The notes under the pieces are model-generated. The model was given only the letters and a program-made list of their open reading frames with translations, was not told where the DNA came from and searched no databases. Position numbers and translations under genes: made by a program. DNA of 64,000 nt from Planctomycetota bacterium (GTDB taxonomy: Bacteria > Planctomycetota > UBA1135 > UBA2386), in NCBI GenBank assembly GCA_965223545.1, contig OZ245006.1, positions 2,336,001 to 2,400,000 of the forward strand. Reading direction: 5' to 3'. Positions within the stretch are counted from its first letter, which is position 1. Every line of letters starts with the position of its first letter. Shown here piece by piece: positions 39,517 to 49,452 of the stretch.

Positions 39517-40894
39517 GCGCCGCGGGCGAGAGGGTCGACGCGGCGACGACCTGGTGCCACAGGGTCCGCCCGACGAGGGCGGGATCGGCGGGCACCTCGA
39601 CCAGCAGGCGCGCCCGGCCCGCGGCGTCGATCCGGCCGCCGGCCAAGCGGGCGGCGGGCCACAGCGAGATGTCCGCGACGCCGTCCTGCACGACGGGCAG
39701 GCCGCCCAGCACATCGAACACCGCGCCCGGCGCCAAGCCGCTCACCTCCAACGGCAGGTGCGCGCCCAGCGCGACCCGCGGCGCCGCTCGGAGTCGCGGC
39801 GTGCCCCCGGCCAGAGCGTTCTGCAGCGCGGCCAGGATCGCGAGCCGCCCCTGCTCGGTCGCCGGCGCGTAGTGCCATACACGGCCGACGATCTCCCAGG
39901 TGACGGGACTCTGGATCGCGTTGACGTAGAGCAACCCCTGCGGCACCGCCGCGGTGCAGTCCCGATCGCCGAAGACGAAGTGCACGGCGGTGGCGGGGTA
40001 GTCGAGCTGGGCCTGCGAATGCAGCACGCCGTCCTCGGGCAGCAGAGCGGGCTGACCGATCGCGGCGAGCCGCTGGCAGATGGTCATGCTGGCTTCGAAC
40101 ACGCAGGCAGCGGTTCCGCACTGCAGCGCGCCCGCCGGCACCAAACCCGCGCACTGCGTCGACCACGCTGCCGGCGGCGTGCCGCAGACCCAGTCGAGCC
40201 GCGTCATCGGCGGCCCGCCGCTGAGCACGACGGCATCCAGCAAGGTGTCGCGCTGCCAGGTGGTGAGCGCGTAGCCGATCTCGGCGGCACCGCCGGAATT
40301 ACCGGTGGCGCAGAAGGAGCCGACGCCGCCGTAGATTTGGTCGTGCACCCAAGTCAGCAGGGTGGCGTATCGGTTCGACAGCTCCTTGAAGCTGCTGTGG
40401 CCGAACCACCATCCGCTGGTCCAGCGCCGGTCGACGACCCGTAGACCGGCAGCCACCAGCTGCCGCACGAGCTCGTCACCGCCGTTGATCTGGGTGGTGA
40501 AGTCGGTACCCAAGCCGCCGCCTCCGACCAGGATGGTCCCGACCAGCGGCACGCTGGGGTCGGGCTCGACCACGCGCAACTCGACTTCGACCGACGGCAC
40601 CTGCGGGGAATCGACGCGCAGCAGGCGGCACGTGGTGTTGGCAAGCGGGCCGGGCCCACTCGGGCAGGTGGTGGCCGACAGCTCGGTCACCGTGCCGAGC
40701 GCCGGGGCGGTCGGCCCACCGCCGCCTCCTCCGCCCCCTCCGCCACCGCCGGGGCCGGGAGGTGGCGGGGCCGGGCCGCCTCCCCCACCGCCTCCGCAAC
40801 CCGCGGCGAGCAGGAGACCGGCGGTCGCGACGAGGCCCAGCCAGACCCGGTTCGCGGGATAGCAACGTCGGTCGGACTTGCGGCGCGACAGCAT
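39455..40894 (-). CDS. Lipoprotein with Gly/Pro linker, alpha/beta-hydrolase-like domain and shared C-terminal domain
   Basis: Lipobox LAAGC, GNSGG nucleophile elbow, FGDRD, WH; overlaps ndh end by 62 bp. Confidence 0.7.
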   Translation of the reverse strand: MLSRRKSDRRCYPANRVWLGLVATAGLLLAAGCGGGGGGGPAPPPPGPGGGGGGGGGGGGPTAPALGTVTELSATTCPSGPGPLANTTCRLLRVDSPQVPSVEVELRVVEPDPSVPLVGTILVGGGGLGTDFTTQINGGDELVRQLVAAGLRVVDRRWTSGWWFGHSSFKELSNRYATLLTWVHDQIYGGVGSFCATGNSGGAAEIGYALTTWQRDTLLDAVVLSGGPPMTRLDWVCGTPPAAWSTQCAGLVPAGALQCGTAACVFEASMTICQRLAAIGQPALLPEDGVLHSQAQLDYPATAVHFVFGDRDCTAAVPQGLLYVNAIQSPVTWEIVGRVWHYAPATEQGRLAILAALQNALAGGTPRLRAAPRVALGAHLPLEVSGLAPGAVFDVLGGLPVVQDGVADISLWPAARLAGGRIDAAGRARLLVEVPADPALVGRTLWHQVVAASTLSPAAPSRVTLPAEPGRTEPPRSGR

Positions 40895-41047
40895 GGATGT
40901 GCGGTGCCCCGCATGTGCAGGGCGACCCACACTAGTTCTATCACGGACCGGGGGAACCGCGGAATCTACGGGTTCGGCGGCGTGAATCGGTCCTGGGGCG
41001 GCGTCCGGCCGATGCCACCAGGCGAACCGGACCGGCCGCAGCTCGAT

Positions 41048-41356
41048 CTACCAGAGCGTCGGGTTGTTCTTGGTGTCCTCTCGGAGCCGCGCGTGGTCGT
41101 GAGATCGCTCGGACCCCATGTCGACGAACCACAGCGACGAGAACCTGCCGCCACTCTCCTCGGCACGCCGCACTGCCGAGTGCTCGATGAGGATCGGCAT
41201 CAGCTCGATGACGACGATCCACGCCACGGGGAAGAGGACAACAACCCCGATCGTCCAGCCGATCGACACCCCGAGCGTCAGGACACCCGTCAGGAGCGCC
41301 ATGCAGGCGGCCAGAATCACGCTCTGCAGCAGGAGTGTCGCGCGGAACCTTCGCAT
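41048..41356 (-). CDS. Small two-TM hypothetical protein
   Basis: MRRFRATLLLQSVILAACMALLTGVLTLGVSIGWTIGVVVLFPVAWIVVIELM. Confidence 0.55.
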   Translation of the reverse strand: MRRFRATLLLQSVILAACMALLTGVLTLGVSIGWTIGVVVLFPVAWIVVIELMPILIEHSAVRRAEESGGRFSSLWFVDMGSERSHDHARLREDTKNNPTLW

Positions 41357-41403
41357 CGGTGGGGGCAGCCCGCCCCATGGGAGCTGGATTTTACCCGAAC
41401 CGA

Positions 41404-44400
41404 CTACCGACCGAGCTCGAGCTCGAGATCCGCGGTCGCCCCGGCAGAGGCGACCACGCGGTGCGCGGCAGAGCGGGAGAACGAACGGCTGGCCGCCACC
41501 CGCACGGTCCCCGTCGGCACCGAGATCGCCACGCGGCCATCCGCGTCGGTGCGACTGACGGCCACCTCTTGCGCGCGCTGCACGAAGGCCTCGTCGGCGG
41601 CCGGCGCCGGCCCATCCGCGGCCCAGTGGAGCACACGGACCCACGCGCCCGCCGCCGGCACTCCGTCCTGCAGGACGCGCACGCGCACGACGGCCGTCGG
41701 TGGCCGGGCGACCCGGACCACCGCTCCCGGTCCGGGCAGGGCGACTGGCAGCCGCAGACCGTCGGCGAACGCGATGTGGCCTGCCAGTGGCCAGACCGGC
41801 GACGGGCCGATCTCGACGACTGCACCAGAAGCTCCGCGCGCGTCGACGCGAACCCGACGCACGAGACCGATCTCGCCATCGGCCCGCGCGCCGGCGACCT
41901 CGATGACGGCCGGCCCAACCGCGCTCCCGCCACCCTCGATCTCGAGGTGCGCGGTCGCGGTGCCCAGCTGCACGCTCCAGTCCCCGCTGTTGGTGCGGCC
42001 CTCCCCGGGCGGACGGCACTCATAGGTGATCGCGCCGCGGCGCACGACGAGCCGGCTGGTGGGCATCGAACCGGAGAAGTCGGGGCGATAGCCGAGCGCG
42101 AGTCGGAACTCGCCATCCGCACCGGTCACCGTGCTCGCCTGCCCGACCGAGACCACGGCGCCATCGACCGGCGCCTCGCCGCTGCGCACCCGGCCGCTGA
42201 AGCGCGCGGCGACGTCGCGGTCGCGCAGATCGACCCAGGTCGTGCGGCCGGCGACGATCTCGACCGTCGCGAGCGGCGCCACCGCGACCCCTACATCGGA
42301 GTGGTAGCGACCGACCACCCACGAGCCCTCCGCCAGCCCGGGTATCGTCGCGCAGCCGCCGCGGATCACCGCGATCGCGTGCGGTCGGGGCGCGCCGGGG
42401 CGCGCCACGCCGACGTACACCGCGTCGCGCACCGCGAGCTGCAACACCCCGGCCGGCTGCAGCACGTGCTTCTCGACCACGGTGGCGCCGTCTTCGACCG
42501 CGACCTCCATGCGGCGATCGAACGACCAGCCCGCCGCGGCGACCTCCAACCGGTAACGCCCGGGCGGCAGACCATCGAGCGCGTAGCGACCCGCGGCATC
42601 GGTGACCGCTGCGAAGTGCCCGGCCGGGTTGCGCGGCGCGTTCTCCCAGCCCCCGTCCAGTCGCCAGACGTGCACGCCGTGCAGCACGAACCCCGCGGTG
42701 AAGTTGGACGTGCGCGGAGCCAGCACCGCGCGCACCCGCGCACCCGGCACCGGCAGCGACGCTGCCGTCACCCGGCCCTCGATGCGGCCGCCGACGGTGA
42801 CCTCCAAGTCGTGCCGCACGTCCTCACCGGCCGCGACCGACACGGTCGGCATCGAGACCGAGTTGGCCAGCGGTTGGTCGCCCCAGCGGAACGGCGCGGC
42901 GATGATCCGCAGGCCCATAGTGGAGCGCAGCGACAGGCCATGGGTACCCGGCGGAACGCCTTCGAACGCGTACCTGCCACCGCGCACAACGGCATCGCGG
43001 CGGCGCCCAAAGGCCACGTGATAGGCATGCGTACCGCCGGTGTGCAGCGTGACGACGGCGCCCTCGACCTGCGCGAGCGGCACTCCGACAATCCGCCCCG
43101 ACACCGTCCCCGGTGACGACACTTCGACGTGCAGCGCCACCGGCTGTCGGCGATCGTCGGTCGGCAGCGAACGCCAGCCCAGACGACCGTCGGGCGCAGT
43201 GGCCGCCACGCCGCCGAGGCGCACGCCGTCGCGCGCCAACACCGCCACTCCATTCGCGCCGGTGGTCGCCGCGACGATTCCCGCGGTACCGCTCGCCGGC
43301 GGCCACTCGTTGGACGACGCCCAGCCGAACAGCTCGACCCGTGCGCCCTCGACCGGCGCGCCTCCGCCGGATTCGACCACCAGCACGCGCAGCGCGTCGG
43401 TTGCCGCCGACGCCGGCTCCATCCGCAGCACGAGCGGTGCCCCCGGCGCTCCCGCCGCCACCGCGGTGATGCGGCGCGCCTCGAGTCCGGGCGCCCGGGC
43501 CCGGACCAGCACGGGTCCCGCCGCCAGCTCGTCGATCGAGAACCGGCCCCGCGCATCGGTGCGCGCGCGGGCCACGGCGGCGCGGTCGTCGGCGATCGAC
43601 TGCATCGGTGGCAGGGGGCCGAGGTACGGCTCGACGGTGACGGTCGCGTCCGCACGCCCCTCGCCGCCTGCCCCGATCACCAGTCCCCGCAATCCGCCGA
43701 CGCCGCGCTCGCCAGGATACATCCGTGGCGCGGCGGCGACGGATGGCTCCGCCGAAACGGCCACCGGCGTGCGCGCGTTCTCCCCCGCCGCCTCAGCCGC
43801 AGCGACCACGGGTTCCGCCTCCGCACGGAGCTGCGCCGTGGCCACGGGCACGACCGGTTCGGCGGCTGCGCCGCGCAGGCCACGCCACACACTCCACGAC
43901 AAGAGAACGGTCGCCGCCGCGGCGACCACGGTGACGAGTCTCTTCACGGTCACTCCCGCCAACCAAGTCACTCCGGCGCGCGGCACCAACAACGGCGCCA
44001 GCAGCGCCCGCCAACCGCCGGCATTCCCGGCCGATCGATCCAGCTCGCCGCGCAGCCGCCGCAGCGCGCGCGCGATGCGCGTGCGCACCGTCGCCGGTGG
44101 CACCCCGAGCCGACGCGCGATCTCGCGCGGCATCATGCCTTCGTAGTAGCGCAGCAGCAGCACTTCTCGAAACGGCGGGTCGAGCACCAGCAGTGCGCGG
44201 ACGACGCACTCGCGGGCCGATTCGCGCTGCAGCACTTCGGCCGGCGATGGCGCGGTCTCCTGCCGGGCGACGGCGCGCTCGCGCTCGCTGCGCCGCCGCG
44301 CCGAACGCGCCTGGTTGAGCCACGTGCGCCGCGCCAGGGTCGCCAACCAGCCGCGCAGCGAGGCGTCGTGGCGGGGCGGCCGCTGCAAGGCGCGCAGCCA

Positions 44401-44514
44401 GACCGTCTGCGCCAGCTCGTCGCCACCGTCGTCGTCGCCGACCAGATCGCGCGCCAGCTGGCGGACGAATTCGGTGTGCTGCAGCAGGGCTGTCGGGGAG
44501 GACTCCGCGGCCAT
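41404..44514 (-). CDS. ECF sigma factor fused to TM and carboxypeptidase-regulatory-like beta domains (1036 aa)
   Basis: N-terminal sigma2/sigma4 (DELAQTVWLRAL, LLLRYYEG, TVRTRIARA), TM near aa 190-210, repeated 'TDA.GR(F/Y).L..L.PG.Y'. Confidence 0.88.
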   Translation of the reverse strand: MAAESSPTALLQHTEFVRQLARDLVGDDDGGDELAQTVWLRALQRPPRHDASLRGWLATLARRTWLNQARSARRRSERERAVARQETAPSPAEVLQRESARECVVRALLVLDPPFREVLLLRYYEGMMPREIARRLGVPPATVRTRIARALRRLRGELDRSAGNAGGWRALLAPLLVPRAGVTWLAGVTVKRLVTVVAAAATVLLSWSVWRGLRGAAAEPVVPVATAQLRAEAEPVVAAAEAAGENARTPVAVSAEPSVAAAPRMYPGERGVGGLRGLVIGAGGEGRADATVTVEPYLGPLPPMQSIADDRAAVARARTDARGRFSIDELAAGPVLVRARAPGLEARRITAVAAGAPGAPLVLRMEPASAATDALRVLVVESGGGAPVEGARVELFGWASSNEWPPASGTAGIVAATTGANGVAVLARDGVRLGGVAATAPDGRLGWRSLPTDDRRQPVALHVEVSSPGTVSGRIVGVPLAQVEGAVVTLHTGGTHAYHVAFGRRRDAVVRGGRYAFEGVPPGTHGLSLRSTMGLRIIAAPFRWGDQPLANSVSMPTVSVAAGEDVRHDLEVTVGGRIEGRVTAASLPVPGARVRAVLAPRTSNFTAGFVLHGVHVWRLDGGWENAPRNPAGHFAAVTDAAGRYALDGLPPGRYRLEVAAAGWSFDRRMEVAVEDGATVVEKHVLQPAGVLQLAVRDAVYVGVARPGAPRPHAIAVIRGGCATIPGLAEGSWVVGRYHSDVGVAVAPLATVEIVAGRTTWVDLRDRDVAARFSGRVRSGEAPVDGAVVSVGQASTVTGADGEFRLALGYRPDFSGSMPTSRLVVRRGAITYECRPPGEGRTNSGDWSVQLGTATAHLEIEGGGSAVGPAVIEVAGARADGEIGLVRRVRVDARGASGAVVEIGPSPVWPLAGHIAFADGLRLPVALPGPGAVVRVARPPTAVVRVRVLQDGVPAAGAWVRVLHWAADGPAPAADEAFVQRAQEVAVSRTDADGRVAISVPTGTVRVAASRSFSRSAAHRVVASAGATADLELELGR

Positions 44515-44581
44515 GTCGCCCCATTCAACACCGCCGCGCCGGCAGCGTTTCCGAGTTTGCCGCGCCGGTCAGGGCGATCGG

Positions 44582-45508
44582 TCAGGGCAACTGCAGTGCA
44601 ATCCGGTTGCCGGTACCCCAGTGCGTGCCCGAGGGACGCTGGTCGCCAATCAAGTGCTGCAGGTACACCGTGGCGACCGGAAGCGCCGGCGGCAACGCGA
44701 ACGCGAGCACGGCCTCGCCGCTCGCGCCGACCGCCGCCGGAACGCCCAGCAAAGGAGTCGTAGCGAGCCGGCACCCCGACGGTGGCACCGGCACCGCGGC
44801 AGCATCGAGGCCGAGGACGAAATAGCTGTGTGGGGTCACCGTGGACGGCGCGGCGACGAGACGCACGCCCTCCACGCCACTGGCGGCGTCGACGGAGCGA
44901 TGACCGTGGGCACTGGTGCCGCAGACGGACGCGGACGTGGCCAAGCCGGCCGCGCCGGGCACGAACGTGAGATCCAGCTGGCCATCGACGCCGAACGAAG
45001 TCGGGATCAGCTGCCCCACCGAAGCGCGCACCACCAGGCCTCTGGCGTCCAGGACCACCGGAATCGAGAGCCGGGCTGGCACCGGGAAGCCGGTGATCTC
45101 CGCGACGCGATCGTCGCCGACGTCGAGGAAGGCGAACCCGCGCGCGCGTACGTCGAGCACGCCCGCCACCGGCACCTCGGCGCGAAAGCGCGCGGTCACC
45201 GCTGCGGCGGCGGCCATGGTGGCCGTGCACTGCTCGCCCAGCGGTGAGAACATCCCCGCCGACGCCTGCAGCTGCAGCGACTCTCGCACCACCGCGGCAC
45301 TCGCGCTGGCCAACACCGTGCACGAGAAGCCCGCGAATCCCGACGCCGCGGCCTGACCGCCGGTCGGGCCGCCGGTGCTGGACTGGGTCTGCCCGTTTGC
45401 GTTGGCGTAGTACGAGCCCGCCGTCACCACCGGCGTCACGCTCTGTGCCCCGACCACACCCGCGACACCGACCATCACCAACGCCGCGCCGATCCTCGGG
45501 TCCACCAT
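44582..45508 (-). CDS. Secreted hypothetical protein with shared C-terminal domain
   Basis: Signal peptide ending GAQ; C-terminus 'PSGCRL...GEAVLAFALPPALPVATVYLQ'. Confidence 0.75.
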   Translation of the reverse strand: MVDPRIGAALVMVGVAGVVGAQSVTPVVTAGSYYANANGQTQSSTGGPTGGQAAASGFAGFSCTVLASASAAVVRESLQLQASAGMFSPLGEQCTATMAAAAAVTARFRAEVPVAGVLDVRARGFAFLDVGDDRVAEITGFPVPARLSIPVVLDARGLVVRASVGQLIPTSFGVDGQLDLTFVPGAAGLATSASVCGTSAHGHRSVDAASGVEGVRLVAAPSTVTPHSYFVLGLDAAAVPVPPSGCRLATTPLLGVPAAVGASGEAVLAFALPPALPVATVYLQHLIGDQRPSGTHWGTGNRIALQLP

Positions 45509-45619
45509 GCCGCCATCATAGGCGCCGGGAACGCCGCGGTGGGGAGTGTGCGAAAGCCGAGGTGCATCCGGCTGGCGTTCCTGCTACATCGTGGGTCGTC
45601 TGTCTCGCTTCCGCGCGCC

Positions 45620-47449
45620 TTGGATACCCTCAATCTGCTCATCCTGATCCTGGTGGTCGCGGTTGGCGCGCAGTGGGTCGCGTCGCGCCTGCACCTGCCC
45701 GCGCTGCTGTTGCTGCTCGGCAGCGGACTCTCGCTGGGGCCGATCGGCTGGGACATCCTCGACCTGGAGACGACGTTCCACGACGACACCCTCGACGCGA
45801 TGGTCCGGCTCGCGGTCGCGGTGATCCTGTTCGAGGGCGGCCTGTCGCTGCACCTGCGGGAAGCACGCGCGGTCGGCACCACCCTGTGGCGCCTGATCCT
45901 CGCCGGGCTGGTGCTGGGTTTCAGCCTGGTCACCGTTCTCGCGGTCACCGTCGGCGGGCTGTCGCTGCCGGTCGCCGCGACCCTCGGCGCCATCCTGGTG
46001 GTCACCGGCCCGACCGTCATCATCCCAATGCTGCGCAGCGCGCGGATCTCGTTCCGGCCGGCGGCGCTGCTCAAGTGGGAGGGCATCGTCAACGACCCGC
46101 TGGGCGCGTTGCTGGCGATCCTGGTCCTGCAGCTGACCCTGTTGCTCGAGCAGCCGGGAAGCAGCGTCGCCTTCGTCGTCGCGTCGTTCGTCGGCAACGC
46201 CGTGCTGGCGGGGGCGATCGGCGCGGCGATGGGTTGGCTGTTGGCGTATTTGCTGGATGGCGGCGCGATCCGCGAGGACCTCAAGAGCCCGGTCATGCTG
46301 GCTTCGGTGCTCGGCGTGTTCGGCGTGGCCGAGTACCTGCAGCACGAGAATGGCCTCTTGGCGGTGACCGCGATGGGCATCGCGCTCGCCAACTCCGAGA
46401 CCTCGAGCCTCGAGGACATCCGCCACTTCAAGGAGCAAGTCAGCACGCTGCTGGTCGGCTTCTTGTTCGTCGTGCTCTCGGCACAGCTGCAGCCGGAAGC
46501 CGTCGAGGCCCTGCTCGGCCCGCCGCTGCTGTTGGTGGCGTTGGTGCTGTTCGTGGTGCGACCGCTGGTCGTGCTGGCGGCAACCGCGGGCTCGACGCTG
46601 CCGTGGTCCGAACGCGCGCTGGTGGGGTGGATCGCGCCGCGCGGCATCGTCGCGGCGGCGGTCGCCGGAGCGTTCGAGAGCCGATTGATCGAGAACCACC
46701 CCGACGCCGCGTTGTTGCAGCCCATCGTGTTCGGCGTCATCGCCTCGACCGTGATGCTGCACGGCCTGTCGATCCGGCCAATGGCGCGCATGCTGGGCCT
46801 CGCCGGCCGCGCCGGCAACGGCATCTTGATCGTCGGCGCCTCCACGTGGGCGGTCGAGCTGGCGCGCGCGCTGGCCCGCGCTGGCGCCTTCGTCGTGCTC
46901 GCCGACACACGCTACCGGCGCGTGACCTTGGCGCGCCAGTCCGGCGTCGAAGTGCACTTCGGCGACGTGCTCTCCGAGGAAACCGCGATGGAGCTGCCGC
47001 TCGAGCGGGTGTCGTGGCTGCTGGCCGCCACCGCCGACGATTCCTACAACGCGCTGGTCTCGGTGCACTACACGCACGAGCTCGGCCGGCAACGAGTGCT
47101 GCAGCTCACGCCGGTGGCCGCGCAGGGCAGCGTCAAGGGCCGCGATGCGGCGGCACACATGAGTGGAGTCTCGCCTTGGGGCGAGCAGGCGTCGTACGGG
47201 GCGATCGCGCGCAGGTTCTGGCAGGGCTCGAGCTTCAAGGTGACGCAGACCAGCGAGCAGTACGCGTGGGAGGAGGTCTTGACGAAGAACCGCGGGGCGC
47301 TGTTCCTGTTCGCGCTCCACCAGGACCGCATCATCGTCGTCAGCGATGACGTCGCCCCGCCGCTCGGCGCCAAGATCGTGTATCTGCCGGGATTGCCGGA
47401 CGGCCGCACCGCGAGCGCGCCGGCGGCCGCCGAGGCACCGCCGGGCTGA
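45620..47449 (+). CDS. CPA1 (NhaP-type) cation/H+ antiporter with C-terminal RCK-like domain
   Basis: AVILFEGGL, VTGPTV, WEGIVNDP, VVRP, APRGIVAAA; ILIVGA. Confidence 0.92.
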   Translation: MDTLNLLILILVVAVGAQWVASRLHLPALLLLLGSGLSLGPIGWDILDLETTFHDDTLDAMVRLAVAVILFEGGLSLHLREARAVGTTLWRLILAGLVLGFSLVTVLAVTVGGLSLPVAATLGAILVVTGPTVIIPMLRSARISFRPAALLKWEGIVNDPLGALLAILVLQLTLLLEQPGSSVAFVVASFVGNAVLAGAIGAAMGWLLAYLLDGGAIREDLKSPVMLASVLGVFGVAEYLQHENGLLAVTAMGIALANSETSSLEDIRHFKEQVSTLLVGFLFVVLSAQLQPEAVEALLGPPLLLVALVLFVVRPLVVLAATAGSTLPWSERALVGWIAPRGIVAAAVAGAFESRLIENHPDAALLQPIVFGVIASTVMLHGLSIRPMARMLGLAGRAGNGILIVGASTWAVELARALARAGAFVVLADTRYRRVTLARQSGVEVHFGDVLSEETAMELPLERVSWLLAATADDSYNALVSVHYTHELGRQRVLQLTPVAAQGSVKGRDAAAHMSGVSPWGEQASYGAIARRFWQGSSFKVTQTSEQYAWEEVLTKNRGALFLFALHQDRIIVVSDDVAPPLGAKIVYLPGLPDGRTASAPAAAEAPPG

Positions 47450-47649
47450 CTGCAGCCCTCAGCGTCCGGGGCCGAGAATCCTCGAGCGGCGACAGTGCCT
47501 CCTGGCTCAGCGCGGCGGCGGATGGGGTCAGACCTTCTGAACGCGGCATCCGAGCACTTGGTTGCGGTGGCCGCGCTCCCGCCGGGCCGGTCCGGCCGGC
47601 CACACGCCCGCGGCCACCGCTGCGAGAACCAGGCGTTACAATGTCAGGA

Positions 47650-49428
47650 ATGCTTGCCCTGACTCTGACGCTCTGCCTGGCGGCGCCCCAGAGCCCCGGC
47701 TTCGAGCAGGCCCCGACCGGGCTGACCGTGGTCTGCGTCGACGTGGGCCACGGGGACGGCACCGTGATCCGCGCCCCGGACGGCACCGTGCACGTGATCG
47801 ACTCCGGCGTCGAAAACATGGGCACCTCCGCGGTCGTGCCGGTGATCCAGTCGCTGGCGCCGACGGGGTATGGCGTGGCGATCGCGACGCACTACCACTT
47901 CTGCCACATCGGGGGTCTGGACGAGGTGATCCAGGCGCTGCCGTTCCCCGAGGTGTGGGATCGGGGCGATGACAACTTCTTCCAGTCCTCTGCCGGCACG
48001 GCGTACCTGGCGGCAGCCGGCGCGCGGCGGCGCACCGTCACGCCCGGCCAGGTCTTCCAGCTCGGCGGCGGTGCGACGCTGACCGTCATTTCCACCAACG
48101 GCCAGATCGTCGGCGGGACCACCGTGCCCGTCGCCGGCATCAACGGCGAGGAGAACGCGCGCTCGATCGCGCTGCGGCTGGACTACGGTCAGTTCTCGAT
48201 GTGGATCGCCGGTGACCTCACCGGCGGGCTCGAGAACACCCCCGACGTCGAGACGCCGGCTTCGGCGGCGTGCGGCGACGTCGACGTCTATCAGGTCAAC
48301 CACCACGGCGCCGACGACGCCACCAACGACAACTTGGTTGCCAACCTGCGTCCGGACCTCGCGGTCTTCAGCGCGGCGCAGAACACCCGAGGCTCGCCGA
48401 CCACTGGCGCAATCACGCGCCTCAACCGGCTCGGAGCCGGCCTGCCGATGGTGTGCACGACCCCGGGCATGGGAACCCTCGGCTTCGCCGTGGTCGGCAA
48501 CTTGACGATCACCACCGACGGCACCCGTTATCGCGCCACCGCGCAGGATGGGCAGTTCCTCGACCTGTTCGTCGATGAAGTTCGCGGCCGCCAACCCGGC
48601 GCCGGCGACATCGTACTGAGCGAGGTCATGCGTGACCCAGCACAGGTGCCGGACGTCAACGGCGAGTACCTCGAGCTGACCAACGTGAGCACCGCCCCGG
48701 TGTCGCTCAAGGAAGTGACGGTCACCACGAGCGCGGGCTCCTACCGCTGGGCGGCACAGGTCATGCTCTTGCCGGGACGCCCCGTGCTCGCCTCCGCCGA
48801 CGGCTACCCGGCGCGCAACGGCGGCCTCGGCCTCTCGCTCGTCTGGCCGCCGAACAGCCTCTCGCTCGGAGACCAAAGCGAGACCATCACCCTGACGCGG
48901 GGGCCGGTGACCCTCGACACGTTGACCTACGGAGCGGGCTTCGCCGGCGGCCCCGGCGCCGCCGCCGAACTCACCGACCTGCGCAACCCCGGTGCTGCCA
49001 ACTTCGCCGTGGCCACCACGCGCTACGGTCGCGGCGACCTGGGCACGCCCGCCCGGCGCAACAGCACCGACGTTTCGGCGTTCGCCGCCGCTCTCGCGGT
49101 CGAGACCGACGGCGCCGGCCTGCTGTTCCACAGCACTGCGCTGTCGCACGGCGGCATGATCGGCGTGGTGGGGATGGCCCTGTCGACGACCCCGGCGACG
49201 ACGGTGCTCGGCGCGACGATCCCGTTGGCGCCGGATTCGCTGCTGCTGACCAGCCTGCAGCTGCCGGGCTTCATCGCCCCGCTGCCCGCCGAGGGCTACC
49301 GCAGCCACCGGATCGTGACCCCGGCCGTGGTCAGCGGCCTGCCCGCGTTTGCCGCGCACACCGTGCTCGACCCGATCGGCGGCACCATCCCCACCGTCTC
49401 CACCGCAGTTCCGCTGGTGTTTCCGTAG
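47650..49428 (+). CDS. Secreted ComEC/Rec2-type MBL-fold hydrolase + lamin-tail domain + shared C-terminal domain
   Basis: DVGHGDG, IDSG, THYHFCHIGG, ENARSI, AGD, NHHGA; LSEVMRDP..GEYLELTN; start at 47641 or 47650. Confidence 0.85.
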   Translation: MLALTLTLCLAAPQSPGFEQAPTGLTVVCVDVGHGDGTVIRAPDGTVHVIDSGVENMGTSAVVPVIQSLAPTGYGVAIATHYHFCHIGGLDEVIQALPFPEVWDRGDDNFFQSSAGTAYLAAAGARRRTVTPGQVFQLGGGATLTVISTNGQIVGGTTVPVAGINGEENARSIALRLDYGQFSMWIAGDLTGGLENTPDVETPASAACGDVDVYQVNHHGADDATNDNLVANLRPDLAVFSAAQNTRGSPTTGAITRLNRLGAGLPMVCTTPGMGTLGFAVVGNLTITTDGTRYRATAQDGQFLDLFVDEVRGRQPGAGDIVLSEVMRDPAQVPDVNGEYLELTNVSTAPVSLKEVTVTTSAGSYRWAAQVMLLPGRPVLASADGYPARNGGLGLSLVWPPNSLSLGDQSETITLTRGPVTLDTLTYGAGFAGGPGAAAELTDLRNPGAANFAVATTRYGRGDLGTPARRNSTDVSAFAAALAVETDGAGLLFHSTALSHGGMIGVVGMALSTTPATTVLGATIPLAPDSLLLTSLQLPGFIAPLPAEGYRSHRIVTPAVVSGLPAFAAHTVLDPIGGTIPTVSTAVPLVFP

Positions 49429-49452
49429 CGTGGCGCACGTCGCCTCGGCGCG

